64,000 bases of DNA from the NCBI GenBank assembly GCA_011109175.1, contig RDEW01000018.1, positions 184,838 to 248,837 of the forward strand. The letters run 5' to 3'. The translations under genes were made by a program, and so were the position numbers. Position 1 is the stretch's first letter; each line of letters starts with the position of its first letter. This document shows, one piece after another, positions 13,500-26,429 of the stretch. The notes under the pieces are model-generated. The model was given only the letters and a program-made list of their open reading frames with translations, did not search any database and had not been told where the DNA came from. The stretch comes from Dicyema japonicum (taxonomy: Eukaryota; Animalia; Dicyemida).

Positions 13500-15630
13500 G
13501 AGTGCAAGGCAAATGTATCAGGATACGACGATATGGTCATGTTCAAAGAAGGACTGGATGCATTGTTTGATGTTCTACAAAAACTGTTTAATGAAAGATT
13601 GGGTTTATTCCACTCTTATGGAGAAGGTCTATAGTGAGGATGATCCCCAATCTAGGGAAATTAAAGAGGGATTCTCTGAGTTATAGGCAAATCAGCAATC
13701 AGCCTGATATGTTCCATTTCTAAGATAATCGAAAGGATTACCTTCAAACGTCTGTGTCGGCATATTGAAAATACTAATTTCTTACTCCCGTCCCATTGGG
13801 GTTTCGCCTAGGAAGATCGTGTGCATACTGTTTCTACCACGGAAATCCAGAAGACCAATAATAGCCGAAGGCATTTAAACTTGTTATGCCTGGACAGTAT
13901 TTGACACGAAGCTCTTTTGGCTCAGCGTCTGTTGACGGATATTCCTAAATACCTGTTTAACTAAATAAGAAATTTCTTAACGGGCAGGGAGTCCTTCGTG
14001 AAAGTTGGAGGAAGTATCTCAGGAGAGATCTCGCTTATCAGAGATGTTCCTCAGGGTTCTGTACAAGTCCAATATTATTCAATATCTTCATGGCTAGTTT
14101 ACCTAAACCACAGAGTCATAACTCTGATATAATAATTCACGAGGATGATATCACCTTGCATCAAGAGCTCAATACTCTCGGAAAGGAGACTGAATATATT
14201 TCTATCATAGAAGACTGATGTAGCAAGAGAGGGTTAAAACTCTTATGGGAAAGTTTAGTGCACTTCCAAGATCAAATCTCTACAGGAGGGGTCGAGATGA
14301 GCGACCATTAAGTTGAGCTTAAGAAAAAGGCTAATGGATGAGTTGACTGAGGAGGAAGACAAACTCCCAACAACAATAAAATGCGTGATCGAGAAGAGGT
14401 TTTCAAGATGATAACCAAAGTCCGAAGCTCGAAGAGGAGAGGAAAAGAGTGAAGTGTCCAAGACTACTGGCAGGACTGAAAAATAATACACTCCCCAACA
14501 TAACTCCTTACCTTCTTTCTAGAAATAAATTTGTTGTTGTTGGAAGTATGCACTCTCAACGTCATCTTTGGACAAAATCACACGAAAAGACTCTACGCCT
14601 TTTACGCAATCGAACAGATCCAAAGCCAAAGAAGTCTATAGTAAGGATGGTACCAAACCAAGAAAATCGAAGAAGGATCCACTGATCTACAGACCAATTA
14701 GTCTTGTATGCTCTATCTAAAAGATTACTGAGCGGGTACCTTCAAAAGATTGTGTCTACATCTCGAAGATAGTCATTTCCTGATACCGCAGCTATGGGGT
14801 TTTCGTCCTCGTGTATGAACTGTTTCCACCAATTGAATTCGGAAAGTGTGAGGGCCATAGATAGCTTGAGACAGCTAGAGGTGTTATGGCTGAATATTTC
14901 TAAGCCGTTCGATATCGTTTGGCATAAAGCACTTCTGGTTCAACTCGTGTTGGTGGGTATTCCGAAGTATCCATTCAATTGGATAAGAGATTTCTTAACC
15001 GGAAGGGAATCCTAAATGTGAAAGTGGGAGGAATTATCTCCAATGGAATCTCGCTTATCAGTGGGTTCCCCGTGGCTCAAGTAGCATGGTTCAAGTTCTC
15101 TGGTGAAAAGTCCAACGCCCTACGAATTAGTCGGGTCAGGAAACAGCTAAAGCAAGATGTGCATTCATTACGCTATTTGGGAGTAGAAATTGACCGGTGT
15201 ATATATGGAAGATATCAAAGTGAGGAGGAAGCTTTCAAACTCTTTCATGTATCGCTATCTACGCGTCAATGAGATATCTTTCTATTTACCTTTTGTGGAA
15301 CAATTTTACCCAATTTACTCTATGAATGTGAGGGATGGTAATTCTCCTCGATAGGGGACAGAATAATATCTTATTTGGAAAAACAAGGAGAGCGGTCATC
15401 AAGTGGTAGTAGAAAAGAGGTTATGCGATGAGCTAGACGAGGAAGAAGACAAACTGCTTAATCCAGTTAAGTGAAAGGTGGAGGAGAGGATCAATTATTT
15501 CATGATGAAACCAATATCCAGAACTCATGTATAACAGTGAAGACTAACTAAGGATAAGAAGGATCTGACGAAGTGTCCAAGCCACGTGGCAGGACTAAGA
15601 TACTGGACTAAGATACTTTAAATAAAAGAA
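13500..15630 (+). mobile_element. Two adjacent decayed copies of one LINE family (same family as 52990-54400)
   Basis: Repeated RT segments (LNISKPFDIVWHKALL..L, WIRDFLTGRES, PQGS) and the shared 3' segment gaggaagaagacaaact...gaagtgtccaag...ggcaggact at about 14340-14480 and 15430-15600. Confidence 0.75.
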
Positions 15631-15659
15631 AACTATGGCCTGCATGTAGTAAGTACGCA

Positions 15660-16220
15660 ATGGGACTTACCCTTCTGCCGATTTGGCCATTCCCTGTTAC
15701 CAGTCGTCCCTGCAGGTTGCCGTCCCCTGGCAGACTCAATCTGTTAGATGGGGATACTATTCTTGTCGGAGTTGCTCTTCGCTTAGGCTTCGATGTCTGC
15801 TTGGAATATCGATGCGGTGGGATGGTGACAGGAAAGGTCTACATCCGCTGTCACAGTGCCGGGAGATTCCCTCGTCACGTCATGCTAAACCCGACTGTCA
15901 CGAGGGCTATCGAAGACTCCGGGTTTACTTGCCTTCTGGAACCCGCCGGACTTGACAGAGGTGATGGCAAGAAATCGGATTTGTAGAGATCCAAGAAAGA
16001 AAGGTTAAACCCACTAATTAAGTGATCACAACCTCCAATATCTCCAGAACTCTCTTTGAATCTTCCGTAGCGACCCAACTGCCCTCCAGGAGTGCCTTCT
16101 TTGTGTCTGCTGAGGAATTCTATCGGAGTACACTTATTTATGGTCGATCGGAATTTCTCTGCATGAACCACCCTCTCTCTGATAGGTTTCCTAGGTCCTT
16201 GCAAAAACGTAGAAAACCTT
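15660..16220 (+). mobile_element. CRE-like RLE retrotransposon fragment
   Basis: VGVALRLGFDVCLEYRC...CHSAGRFPRH.MLN.TV.RA...G..C.LEPAGLDRGDGKK (CCHC plus PD-type RLE motif). Confidence 0.85.
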
Positions 16221-16419
16221 AGCTACTTCTCACACCGCTTTCTCAGAAAGGAGATTGTCGGCTTGCATGATCTGTGTGATTTACACCTGAGAGAGTTTTC
16301 GATCCTTGAAGAGGAAAGGGCAAACCTCCAGGCAGAACAGACATATTCATTTGTCGGCACAATAACTTGAAGGTAGAATTTACTGATACCTTAGGTGGGA
16401 GGGGGCTCTTTTTTATGAT

Positions 16420-17450
16420 AGCCTTTAGAACGTTTCACTTTCAAAGCCACTTGGTTAACACTTCGCAGTGTGACTCCAAGGATCTTCTGAATTCGCGTAG
16501 AAGAAATAGGAATGTCTCCAAAGAATCCCGACTCCATCCTTAAATATTCTGTTCGAGTGAACTAAGACTTGCATGCAGAAACAGACAACATATTCGGAGA
16601 TAGCCATTCCTGGTTGATGTGTGGCTGAACCACCGCCACAGCCAGGGAAGTAGCATGATGTCTCATGTAAATTCGAATTAAAAGTCCTCGAAACAGAGTC
16701 AAAGGCTTTCTGTATATCGATCGGGATCAAAGTCGTCCGTAAATGTGTTTTCATGTTGAAGCCATCTGTGTTGAACTGAGAGACAAATCACAAATTAGTC
16801 GTTGTAGAAAGATTTGCTCTGAAGCCATACTGAAATTTGGGCTTTGGCAGAGCAGGGTAGATTAACATTAATACCAGCTTCTCCAACACTTTTGACATGG
16901 AAACGGATTGTCTTTTGGTTTTCCAGACTTGAGAATTGGTGTAATCAAGGAATTCTTCCATATGTTTGGTATTGTATGGGAATTGATAAAATAGTTGTAT
17001 AACCTGTGCCTGAGGTTTTATGTGCTTGAGGTGAATAGCACAGACACCGTCAGAATCACAGGCAAGGGTTAACAACTTAATGACTTGTCCATATCACGGA
17101 GAGTAAAGAAGGTAGATATGACTTGTATTGTAGACCATATCGTTCGAATAAAATATAAATGTCCCAAAAATGTCTATTTAACTCGAACATCTTAAATGGA
17201 AACATTGATTTCTCCGTTCTTAGGCAACCGACATAATCTATATCAACAGTATCTTGATGAACCATCGGGAGGAAGTGTGATGTACTTTCCCACACTTCCA
17301 GATACAGAACAACCCGGGTCCTTAAACCCCCATCCTGGTTAGGACCATTTGCTCTTGTTATGATTATTTGGTTAAGAAATGTATAGAAACGCTTACCAAG
17401 AGCTCCAAGACAACCGGTTTTGAGACCACAATTGGGGTTTGGCAAAAGCA
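16420..17450 (-). mobile_element. LINE fragment (APE endonuclease and RT start)
   Basis: VLEKLVLMLIYPALPKPKFQYGFRANLSTTT and IPIDIQKAFDSV; endonuclease-like segment at 17077-17451. Confidence 0.75.
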
Positions 17451-17794
17451 ACTAGAGCTCCAAGACAACTGGTCTTGAGACCGCAATTGAGTTTGGCGAA
17501 AATGAAACTAACAAATAGTTTCATCCAACCAACTGGATTACTCAATCAGTCTCCCATATCCATATCTACAGACACATTAGTCACCTACCACGGAAAAAAC
17601 AGCTCACAACTGTAGCGAACAGAACCAAATTTTCTCCATAATTAAGCAACTACCAACCAATTCGCTTGGTATGGGCAACAGGAAAACACGAGGCCACCAC
17701 TCTGATTGTTTAACACAATCTCAACGTTCTACATAAAATAGGCGACATTAAAAACCCAGACTAATACACTAAAACACAGGAATATTAGAAATCA

Positions 17795-18592
17795 TCAAAT
17801 TTGATTGAGCGGTCCATTATTCCGCCTAAAGTAAACAAACCACTAACCTCGTCTGAAATCCATCAGAATTCCTCCTAAACAACTCAGTCACAATCAATAC
17901 ATCACTCTAAACATAAAAGAGCTAGCGCCAACCTCTTATACTGACCCTGTCTACCTTCATAGTATCGTCTACACTCATAAAACAACCATTACCGATTCTC
18001 GACCAGCCAAAATTCCTACAAAATCACCATAACAATCACCTTTGTAGATTGTAACAGTCACGTGCAAAATGTCCTCGGTCTCCGCAGCTATAACACCTCA
18101 TTTTGGGATCAAAATGTCCCCTTCTCTACCCTTCGTCCTGGGCCTCGCCATAGTCACTTTAATAGTGCTCCCTTTCAGCACACTAACCATTATAAAACAG
18201 TCTACTATTCGTCTAGGCTGATCATGGCTTCCTTAGCGTCCTCTTCATACTTGAAAATGACAAATCCAAAGCAGGGGGACGTTCGAGCGACCCAAACGTC
18301 TTCCACATCGCCGTAGACTTTGAAAATGGCAGATAGGTCCCTTTCTGTGGTTCGGGGAGAAAGATCTGCGATGTGAAGCCTGTTTTGAAGCTCCAAAGAG
18401 TCGGCTGGTGAGGGAGAACGGTCACGAAGACGTTTCTTTGAATCGAGTTCCGAATTTAGAGAGGGCAGCCCCCGTTTGTCGGTAGATTCAGCTTTCCCTT
18501 CGATTGGAGAAGGCGATCGAGATTTAATCACAACTAAAAGTTATTATAATGACGAAGTTTGAGGTTTAGTAAAACTTACTGTTGTCAGCCAT
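17795..18592 (-). CDS. SR splicing factor, SRSF3/SRSF7 (9G8)-like: RRM plus CCHC zinc knuckle
   Basis: ATG at 18592, 46-nt intron (18534-18579), RRM with VWVARTSPCFGFV, 23-nt intron, then ..FDPKMRCYSCGDRGHFARDC. One-base deletion near 18123 shifts the frame. C-terminal exons (24-, 24-, 58- and 22-nt introns) and the stop at 17795 are less certain. Confidence 0.85.
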
Positions 18593-18731
18593 CACCACGT
18601 TTCAAATGTTTCAATTAATTTTAAATAATAAATAATTATTAATAAATTGTATATTATTTAAATAACTTGAATTCATTTTTAAAGATTTTACTTTAAGTTT
18701 AATATTTAAATTTAGTTTCTTAGATACACGA
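18593..18731. promoter_or_regulatory. About 140-bp AT-rich intergenic region between divergent start codons (probable bidirectional promoter)
   Basis: Separates the SR-protein ATG (18592, minus) and the LRRC23 ATG (18732, plus); almost entirely A/T. Confidence 0.55.
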
Positions 18732-19960
18732 ATGGCGACCGACACACAAGACGAAAATGTTGATTTGGACAATTTGAACGGTTTTTTTATTTGGTTAATT
18801 TTAAGGTAACTTAGACTCTGAGGAATCGAAGGAGGACGAGGAAGAGGAGGAGCCTGAAGCAGAACCTGAGGCTGAAGAAGATGAAGAGGAGGTTTTACTG
18901 TAAACTTATTTGAAGGAGGACGCAGTTCCCCTCACTGCCTCCATTGTGGCGGAAGGTCTGTCCCTAGTTAGCAAGGTTTCTGATGGATTCGCTCACGCCT
19001 ATGTGCGACTGTCTCTGAAGGAGAGGTCTCTTCGGCTTAATTTGCAGGGAACTATCGAATATCGATGCCATCAAACAGTTTATTTACCTACGATATGTGG
19101 ATTTGTCGAATAATTACATTAAAAGTCTTCAGCCCTTGGAGAACTTGACTACCATTCTGGTGCTGAAGGTCGACAGTAACAAAATTCAAACTGTGGATCT
19201 ACCAGAAATGCGGTTCCTTCAGATTTTGAGTTTAAATAACAACAAATTGAAATCCCTTAACGGAATGAATTTCCCACTTTTGGAACAACTCAGCGTCAAC
19301 GGTTTTAATTTTTATTTTTTGATTAAATTAATAAAAAATTTTAATTTTTATAAATTATTTATAATTTAATAATAAATCATAGAAAATGACATCACTGACA
19401 TTTCCGGCCTTGATCCTGACGTTTTTTCGAACTTACACACTCTAGAGGTGCGGGGAACAAAATCAAGTCTACCAAAAGCCTAAACCTGCCGAATCTGAAG
19501 CACCTTTACTTAGTCTTTGTAAAATTTATGCTAGGCTGAAAACAAAATTACAGAGTTGGCAGGACTAAGCAACTTGACATCTCTCCAAACCCTCCATCTG
19601 AGGAACAACACGACTTTAAATAACCTCGATGGTCTCTCGGAGTCCAACACTTCCTTAAAAATTCTAAATTTAAGGTTTTATGGAATTTATGTTTTCCAGG
19701 TCTACTGAAATCTCCAATTTCGCGGAAATAGTAAAATTGGGGGCAATTCAGAGCTTAAACAAATTGAGTTTAGTAGGTTTGTATTCCTAAATATTGAAGA
19801 CACCCCGATTGCTAGTGAGGGAAATTACCGAGTGGAGGTGTTGTCATATATAAAGAGTCTCACTAAGCTGGACAAGGAAGAAATCACGGAGGAGGAGATC
19901 ACCGAAGCTCACGAAATCATTAGACAGAGATCTGAGGAGGATAATTCTATTGAAGTTTAA
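18732..19960 (+). CDS. LRRC23: Leucine-rich repeat protein 23 (ciliary/flagellar axoneme)
   Basis: Acidic N-terminus, then PLTASIVAEGLSLVSKVSDGFAHAYVRLSLKER..YLRYVDLSNN, LRRs and YRVEVLSYIKSLTKLDKEEITEEE, colinear with vertebrate LRRC23 as recalled. Introns 18781-18814, 18892-18915, 19026-19047, 19302-19382, 19513-19534, 19675-19699, 19777-19799. One-base deletion at about 19455. Confidence 0.92.
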
Positions 19961-20099
19961 TGATTTCACGTTCCTTTAGACGCCAAACGCTAAAGAATAG
20001 AATCGAATAACTCTGACTAATCTTAAATATTGATTTCTCATTTGAGTTCATTGAGTCACTTTTTTGCGTAAAATAACTCTTCAACTGTAACCACCATGG

Positions 20100-20480
20100 A
20101 TCGGCTTAATAGACCTCATATTACGGGAAAATGCCATGAAGACTTATGGGGGCGTTTAGTTTTAGTATTCCGTGGTCAGTGAGCAAAATCAGATGTTCAG
20201 TTTTATAAAATGGAAATCTCAGTGCAAAACAGTAGCTCTCCCAATATATGGGAATGGAATTTCAAGGGGTAGTTTCAGGTTGGCCTTAAAGTTCTACTAA
20301 TAATCAACACTATGTCTTCTCCACTTTGCCCACCATGCCTTTTTGATGTCCAGGATACGGGGCACCTCTTCTCTTGTCCGGGTTCTGAACAGAACCAAAT
20401 AAGCCTGTCAGATCTCTGGGATCGTCCGACTGTGAAGTTCTAGCTAGCCATCGATTTTTTTCACTCGAAGAAATCGGGGT
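20100..20480 (+). mobile_element. LINE C-terminal remnant
   Basis: PLCPPCLFDVQDTGHLFSCP...SLSDLWDRP (CCHC knuckle plus LW..P motif of I/Jockey-like LINEs). Confidence 0.65.
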
Positions 20481-20819
20481 AAATAAATATATTCATCAAT
20501 CAAAGGATCAACTTGATTTCACGCACGTCATGACTTCTGAGTGTGGGCAGAAGTCCCAGGCTATTGAGAAAAGACAGAGTTCTTCTTTACTCCTCAAGTT
20601 GTTTCGAGAGTAATCGCACGGAATGGGATTTCGTCGAGGAGTCTTTGTTATTTCTTTCCTTTAGCCTTCTCCGCATTTTCTGTTTCGGATAATGCCTTTA
20701 CTGTACTCCTAGTGATGTTAGTAGGAGATTGGGAGTTGATACAGGTGGTCATCCTAGTAACTTCTCCAACCTAAAATTATAGTTCCTTCCGGAGATTTTC
20801 GTTACATAGAAAAATTCTT

Positions 20820-21130
20820 CCATTGCATGGTGTTTGTTCACCCATCTGTAGAATATGTCCAAAAAGGCGCCAGCGGGCTTCAAGTACGTTTAGACTTGTT
20901 GGTGCACAATCAGTCAGTCTGTATAATTAATTGTTTGAGATTTTCGTTGGCCAAGAGTATCCAAGGAGTTTTATTAGCTGGCCTCTGTGAAACAAGTCGA
21001 GTTGTTCCATGTCTTTCTTTGATGTTCCCAAAGTACCTGCGTTCCACATGAGGACAGGTCGACAAATCCATTACATAACCGCATCTTGTTTTTCGTCTTT
21101 CCTATAAAATTGTAATTTAAGACTAATATT
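20820..21130 (-). mobile_element. RTE LINE fragment
   Basis: 20822-20910 is a near-identical inverted copy of 8750-8830; CRPVLMWNAGTLG...LDLFHR.QL..LLG..WP motif. Confidence 0.8.
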
Positions 21131-22140
21131 CACTTTCTTAATCCTGTTTTAGCTGAGACTCGTATTTATCGACTTTGAAGGTTAAAATTACCAGGAACCC
21201 TGTTGAGTAACGCTGACATAATCTAATTTTCGTTGAAATAATAAAATAACTTTACGGGCTTACTGAGTTTCCTGAACTACTTTAATTCAAAACAAACATA
21301 AAAAAAACATAAAAATTATGTATTTATTATTGATTACATGAATTATCATAACAATGTAAAATTTACTCAAAATAATCAATTTTGTCTGAGGGCCAATTCT
21401 AACATAGAATGGCTATTTGAGTTTCCTGCAAAGTGGCATTTCAAAATTCGGTGGTACAATTCTAATGGTCTTTTCGGTCTTCTTTCTAATGAAAGGACTT
21501 GAGTGTCGGAAGTGCCATCAACAATTAAAAAATATCAATTTGCACTCGAAATAATTATTAATGCACTTTCATTACGCCATGGTCACGACAAAGCGTGTGC
21601 AACCTGGGAAACTAACAACAATGTTATCCCCCTCCACATGTTCCTCCTACCAGAAAGCTCCCAATGTGAGCATCTCCCTCTATGAAACGCCTCCTACTCT
21701 ATTGGAGATTCCCGTCCAAGACTATCGGTGTAATCATCCTTGGTCCTCACTGAATCGGGGAGCGTCTGAGAAGTCCCCCATGGCCACGTTAGCTGGGCTA
21801 TATTGTACCAAAAAAAGTCTTTTCAAATATATAATTTATGTTTGCATTAATTTTTAGTAAAATAAAGTACAAATTAATGCATTTTTTAAAAACAATAAAT
21901 TCATGTTTAATGCAGGTTTAACAAAACTAAATTATCAAAATAACTGCTTAATGATAGAGTAACGACTAATATTAACACTAATTTTATGATTCTTACTTAT
22001 TTAATTAATGGATTGATTACTTTTTAATTATAATGTAGGTCGCCATAGGTCAATAAATAAAGGATAAATTGTATGCTGTGGTACATTTTATCAATGAAAA
22101 CTAAAAAGGCTTATAGTCCCCATATTTGTCGCCTTATCCT

Positions 22141-22320
22141 CAGACAGGAACTCTTCTTAGGGGGACAACATATAAGCCTGTCAGTTTACAATTTGAGTTC
22201 CATCTTGCTCCGATCCAAGCGTACTTTGTAGTTTTGTCTTCAGACAGGAACTCTTCTTAGGAGACAACACATCTGCCCACCAGTTCCCGATTTGAGTTGC
22301 ATCTTGGTTTGTAGACAGCT
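22141..22320. repeat. Two-copy direct repeat with a 100-bp period
   Basis: cagacaggaactcttcttagg.gacaaca...cagtt....atttgagtt.catcttg starts at 22141 and again at 22241. Confidence 0.85.
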
Positions 22321-22608
22321 GAATTTTCGAGGATCAATTATTTCTAATAGATTTTAATTTATATGCAGAATTATTTCAACATTATAATAATTAAATTCAA
22401 TGTCAGAATAGCAATTAATTTGACGAAAGAAACAAAACTCTTAACTGGTAATCAATCCGAGTGATTAATTGGGTAAAATTCAAAGTGAAATGGCCCATTG
22501 TCATGCTGTCAAAATTGTTATCGGCGTCCAGCGCCTTGATACTTTAGAATACGCATTCCACTAACGTTTGCGTGCTTCTTATTAATTCTGTCTGCCGGAA
22601 ACAAACAA

Positions 22609-25295
22609 ATGTGGCTGAATTGTCTTCTGTTTTGGTCCGTCATTTTGGGAGGTTCTTTGAAATATTCGATCACTGAGGAAGTAGACGGCCAAGTTGTACT
22701 TGGGAATATTTATGAAGATCTCAATTTTGCAGATTATCAACTTAGCTCGGAGGAATTAACATATGGGATATTCATAAGTAGTATTTCTGGGGGATATTTC
22801 AAAATAAATCAAAACGGAAATCTGATTTCGACAGGAAAAATCGACCGTGAAGAGATATGTCCTCTAACAAAGCACGATTGCTTGATCTTCCTCAAAATTT
22901 TGATCGGTTTTCCAAGTGGGGAGACAAGCTTAGCAGACGTGGAGATCACAGTTATTGATATAAATGACAACAAACCTGTTTTTGATCCGTCCTCCGTTAC
23001 CATCGAGATCTCCGAGTTTCAACAGATCGCACGTTGATTCCAGTTACCTCGGCGTCGATAAAGACAGTGAAAATACGGAGTTGGAGACTACTCCGTTATA
23101 AGCAGGAGTCAAATTCCCTTTATTTTGCGGAATATAAATGGTGGAGATTCAAACCTATATCTGGAAGTAACAGAGAGCTCGATCGGGAGACCAGATCCCG
23201 TTTTACATTCGCAATCATCGCACGTGACAGAGAAAATAGACAAAAATATGGACTTCTGAACGTCACTGTTGACATTTTGGATGAAAATGACAATATCCCG
23301 ACCTTTACAAAGCAAATATTTTACTTCAATGTCTCTGAGTCCGTCCACGTGGGCACAATTGTTGGAGAAATTGAAGCAATTGATAAAGATGAGGGAGTCA
23401 ATGCAGTGATAGAGTATAATATCGATTCCGGCGTCAACCCGGAGGTCGAGAGATACTTCTTTTTGAACAAAACCTCTGGCAGCATTATGCTGAGGAAAAG
23501 CCTCGATTTTGAGAAAATGAATAATTTCCGGTTTCAAACGGTGGCCTACAATCCATCCAGAGCACTGTTCAAGGCCAAGGCAGAGGTTTCCATAAATGTC
23601 CTCGATTTTAACGACAACAGACCCATCATAACTTTAATCGGGGACCAAATTCTCTCAGTTATGGAAGATTCCCCAAAAGGAACAGGAATAGCCACCTTCT
23701 TCGTCTCAGATGCTGATTCCGGCAAAAATGGGGATGTTCAATGCAGAATTACGGATAATCGATTCCAACTAAACTACTTACAATCTGGAGGACTATTGCT
23801 GGTCAAAGCTGGCACTTTAGACCGGGAGATGAGTGACGAAATAGAAGTCTTGATGATTTGTGAGGACCAAGGTGTCCCATCCTTATACTCTTCAAAACAG
23901 TTATTCATCAAAGTTGAGGATGCGAACGACAATCCCCCACTTTTTGAAAAATCGTTCTACCTGTGCTATGTGATCGAGAATTCCGTGGTGCAAAATCCAA
24001 TAATACAACTTAAAGCCGACGATAAAGATATCGGAGAAAACGGCGAGATTCACTATTACCTTAAAAATGGACCGAATTTGGTTTTTCCGTGGATTCAACG
24101 TCGGGAAATGTATATCTCCACCAAAAACTCGACCGTGAGGTGCATGACGTCTATTACTTGCAAGCGGTCGCTATCGACTCTGGTAGACCGCACTTATTTT
24201 CATTTGCAACAATACAAGTTAGAATAATCGACACAAATGACGAAAAACCCACTTTTCCGCAGAAAATTTATTATTTTAATGTTTTAAAAAACACCAAAAT
24301 TAACACAAAATTGGCTCTGTTTTTGCCTATGACGCTGATTTGTCTCCCAAAACTGAATATTCTCTATCAGATTCGGATTATTTTCTTGTTGGGAAATCAA
24401 CGGGGGATGTTTATGTTAAACAATCTCTAAGGGAGTTACAAGTCTCATTTTTAAAAGCACACGTGACTGCCAAGGACGGAGAGAATCCAAATTTTAACGA
24501 CACGACGATGATTCTGGTCAACATTTTTGACGAAAATGTGCACCCCCCAATATTATTCCCAAATGATAATTTAAACCACTTCCAACTGAATTCAGCTACA
24601 AAAATTGGGCATTCCATATTCAGAGTGATAGCACGTGATACGTCTTTTGGACCTTTATTTTACAATCTCGACAATAGCGGCTATTTCACTGTGAATCAAA
24701 CTGGCTGGGTTCAAGTTTCGAGAAGACTTGATTTTATTGGTCAGCACGTGGTCACAGTAAACGTGTCTGACAGTGGGTATCCCCCACTTTATTCCCTAAT
24801 TAATGCCACAGTCGATGTGGTCCCCAGTTCTTCGGACATTTACTCGAACTCAATGAATATCGTCGCAGTCATCTTGTCAGTCGTTGTCGTTATAACATTC
24901 ATTCTTCTCTTCACGATTTGTAGGAAAAAAAGGGGGACTAAAAAAAATTCAATTTGACAAAATAACGGATTCACAGTTTTCATGTGCGATTATTTTAGAG
25001 AGCTCCGAATGGCAGGAATGGTTTTGAAAAGTTCCACAAAAGCAAGGAACACTTCGAAATTTTGCCGCTGAAAAAGTCCCCTATTAAAAACGGTAACATT
25101 AAAGTGCAGGATTTATCGACCATTGCTTATTCAAGTTACATGGGTCTAAAGTACTATCTTGTCAATAATTACCATATGCTCTCGAATAATTCTTAAATAT
25201 TATCTTTAATGTTTTTAGACTTGGAAATGAAAGCCGATTATATCTTTGACTCAAATATGAACCCACAAGGACTGCTCAAGTCTGTAATCGTCTGA
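22609..25295 (+). CDS. Protocadherin (7 cadherin repeats, TM helix, short cytoplasmic tail); several frameshifts in this assembly
   Basis: Signal peptide; EC1 with LKYSITEE..GNI and DREEICPLTKHDC; linkers DINDNKP, DENDNIP, DFNDNRP, DANDNPP, DTNDEKP, DENVHPP; TM NIVAVILSVVVVITFILLFTIC; probable last intron 25144-25218 with stop at 25293-25295. Frame breaks near 23020-23180, 24090, 24310 and 24950. Confidence 0.85.
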
Positions 25296-25375
25296 CTGCT
25301 GTTTAAACATTAAATTATATTAATAAAGATAATATTAGTTTTAATGTTTTAAATGCTACTTAAAATGATTTAATT

Positions 25376-25510
25376 TGGCCACGTGGTGCTATGTGGCTAG
25401 TATGTCAAAAATTATTTTCCCTCCCTTTGATGGCGTCATTGGATCCACCCTACTGAGGAGACGCCCAATGCCTGGCCGGCATCAAGAGGATTCATTATTC
25501 TTTCTCTCAG
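25376..25510 (+). mobile_element. SINE-like family A copy
   Basis: Head ccacgtggtgctatgtggctagtatgtc and core ggatccaccc..acgcccaatgcctggccggcatcaagaggattca. Confidence 0.7.
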
Positions 25511-25639
25511 AAACAATGTCGTTACCTGGAGACAAGTTCTGGAACCCTGGAACGAGTTAGGATCAAGGAGTAAGTTAGTTTGGTTACCCTTGGTCTTTTG
25601 AATAATTTTTATTAATTTAATCATCAATCCGAATCTTTG

Positions 25640-26050
25640 GAAGCGAAAGCGATGCGCCCACTCAATGGTCACCATACAGTCCGACTTCCCAGAGGTCGTT
25701 AAACAGGTTGACAGGGGAGTAATCGTGGTTCTTTTAGTTGCTAGATTGAAACTGGTATCCAATTTTCTCCACGTGAAGGTGAACTAATAGACCAATCAGG
25801 TTCCTCTCTTCCGAGGGACATCTGGGTAAACCTGGCTCGTCAACGATGTGGGCAACACCCCCTTTTTACCGACGTAAGATGTCCTCTGTTTTTTTGCAAC
25901 CTCTACGAGTTGACATTTATTTGAATGCACATAATGTTAGTATACAATGCCAGGACTGACCGATGTATGAGAGACACCGGCATTTGCTGCGTCCTACTTA
26001 ATAGCTGCTGGCCTCCTACAAGTTAGTGAGGCCGGGGTTACTTAACTAAC
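25640..26050 (+). mobile_element. LINE 3' end with conserved 3' UTR hairpin and taac tail
   Basis: LARQRCGQHPL...CP...HLFEC remnant; 3' UTR 25965-26050 is homologous to 45455-45545. Confidence 0.7.
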
Positions 26051-26429
26051 TATCAATCTGAAGGAGCAACGGAGGGGACCTAATCAAACGTGATCAGGAT
26101 AAAACCCGACCCCAACGAGCTTTTGTAGGATCGAGGTAGGAGAATAAAGCAAAACTGAGATATGTCGAAGAACCAAAAAATGTGAGATGCCATCATGCCC
26201 AGAGAAAATCAATACAATGTGCCAGCTTTTGCCAGTATCGGGTTCCCTCTTCTAAATCTGGTGTCATTTAGTTAGCTGAGGACGTTTCTTTTTAACCCAT
26301 TGAATGAGTAAAAAGGGAATAAATTAAAAAGTAAAAAAGTGCGGTCCTTGAGTTAGAAGAGGAGTATTTTAATTTAGACGTACTCCATCTAATAGTGCTT
26401 GAGAATTAATAATCTAATTAATAATTCCC

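Noticed and set aside
22809-24617. Minus-strand ORFs overlapping the protocadherin (and similar antisense ORFs over RT domains)
   Set aside because: Antisense shadows of real coding sequence with no independent motifs.
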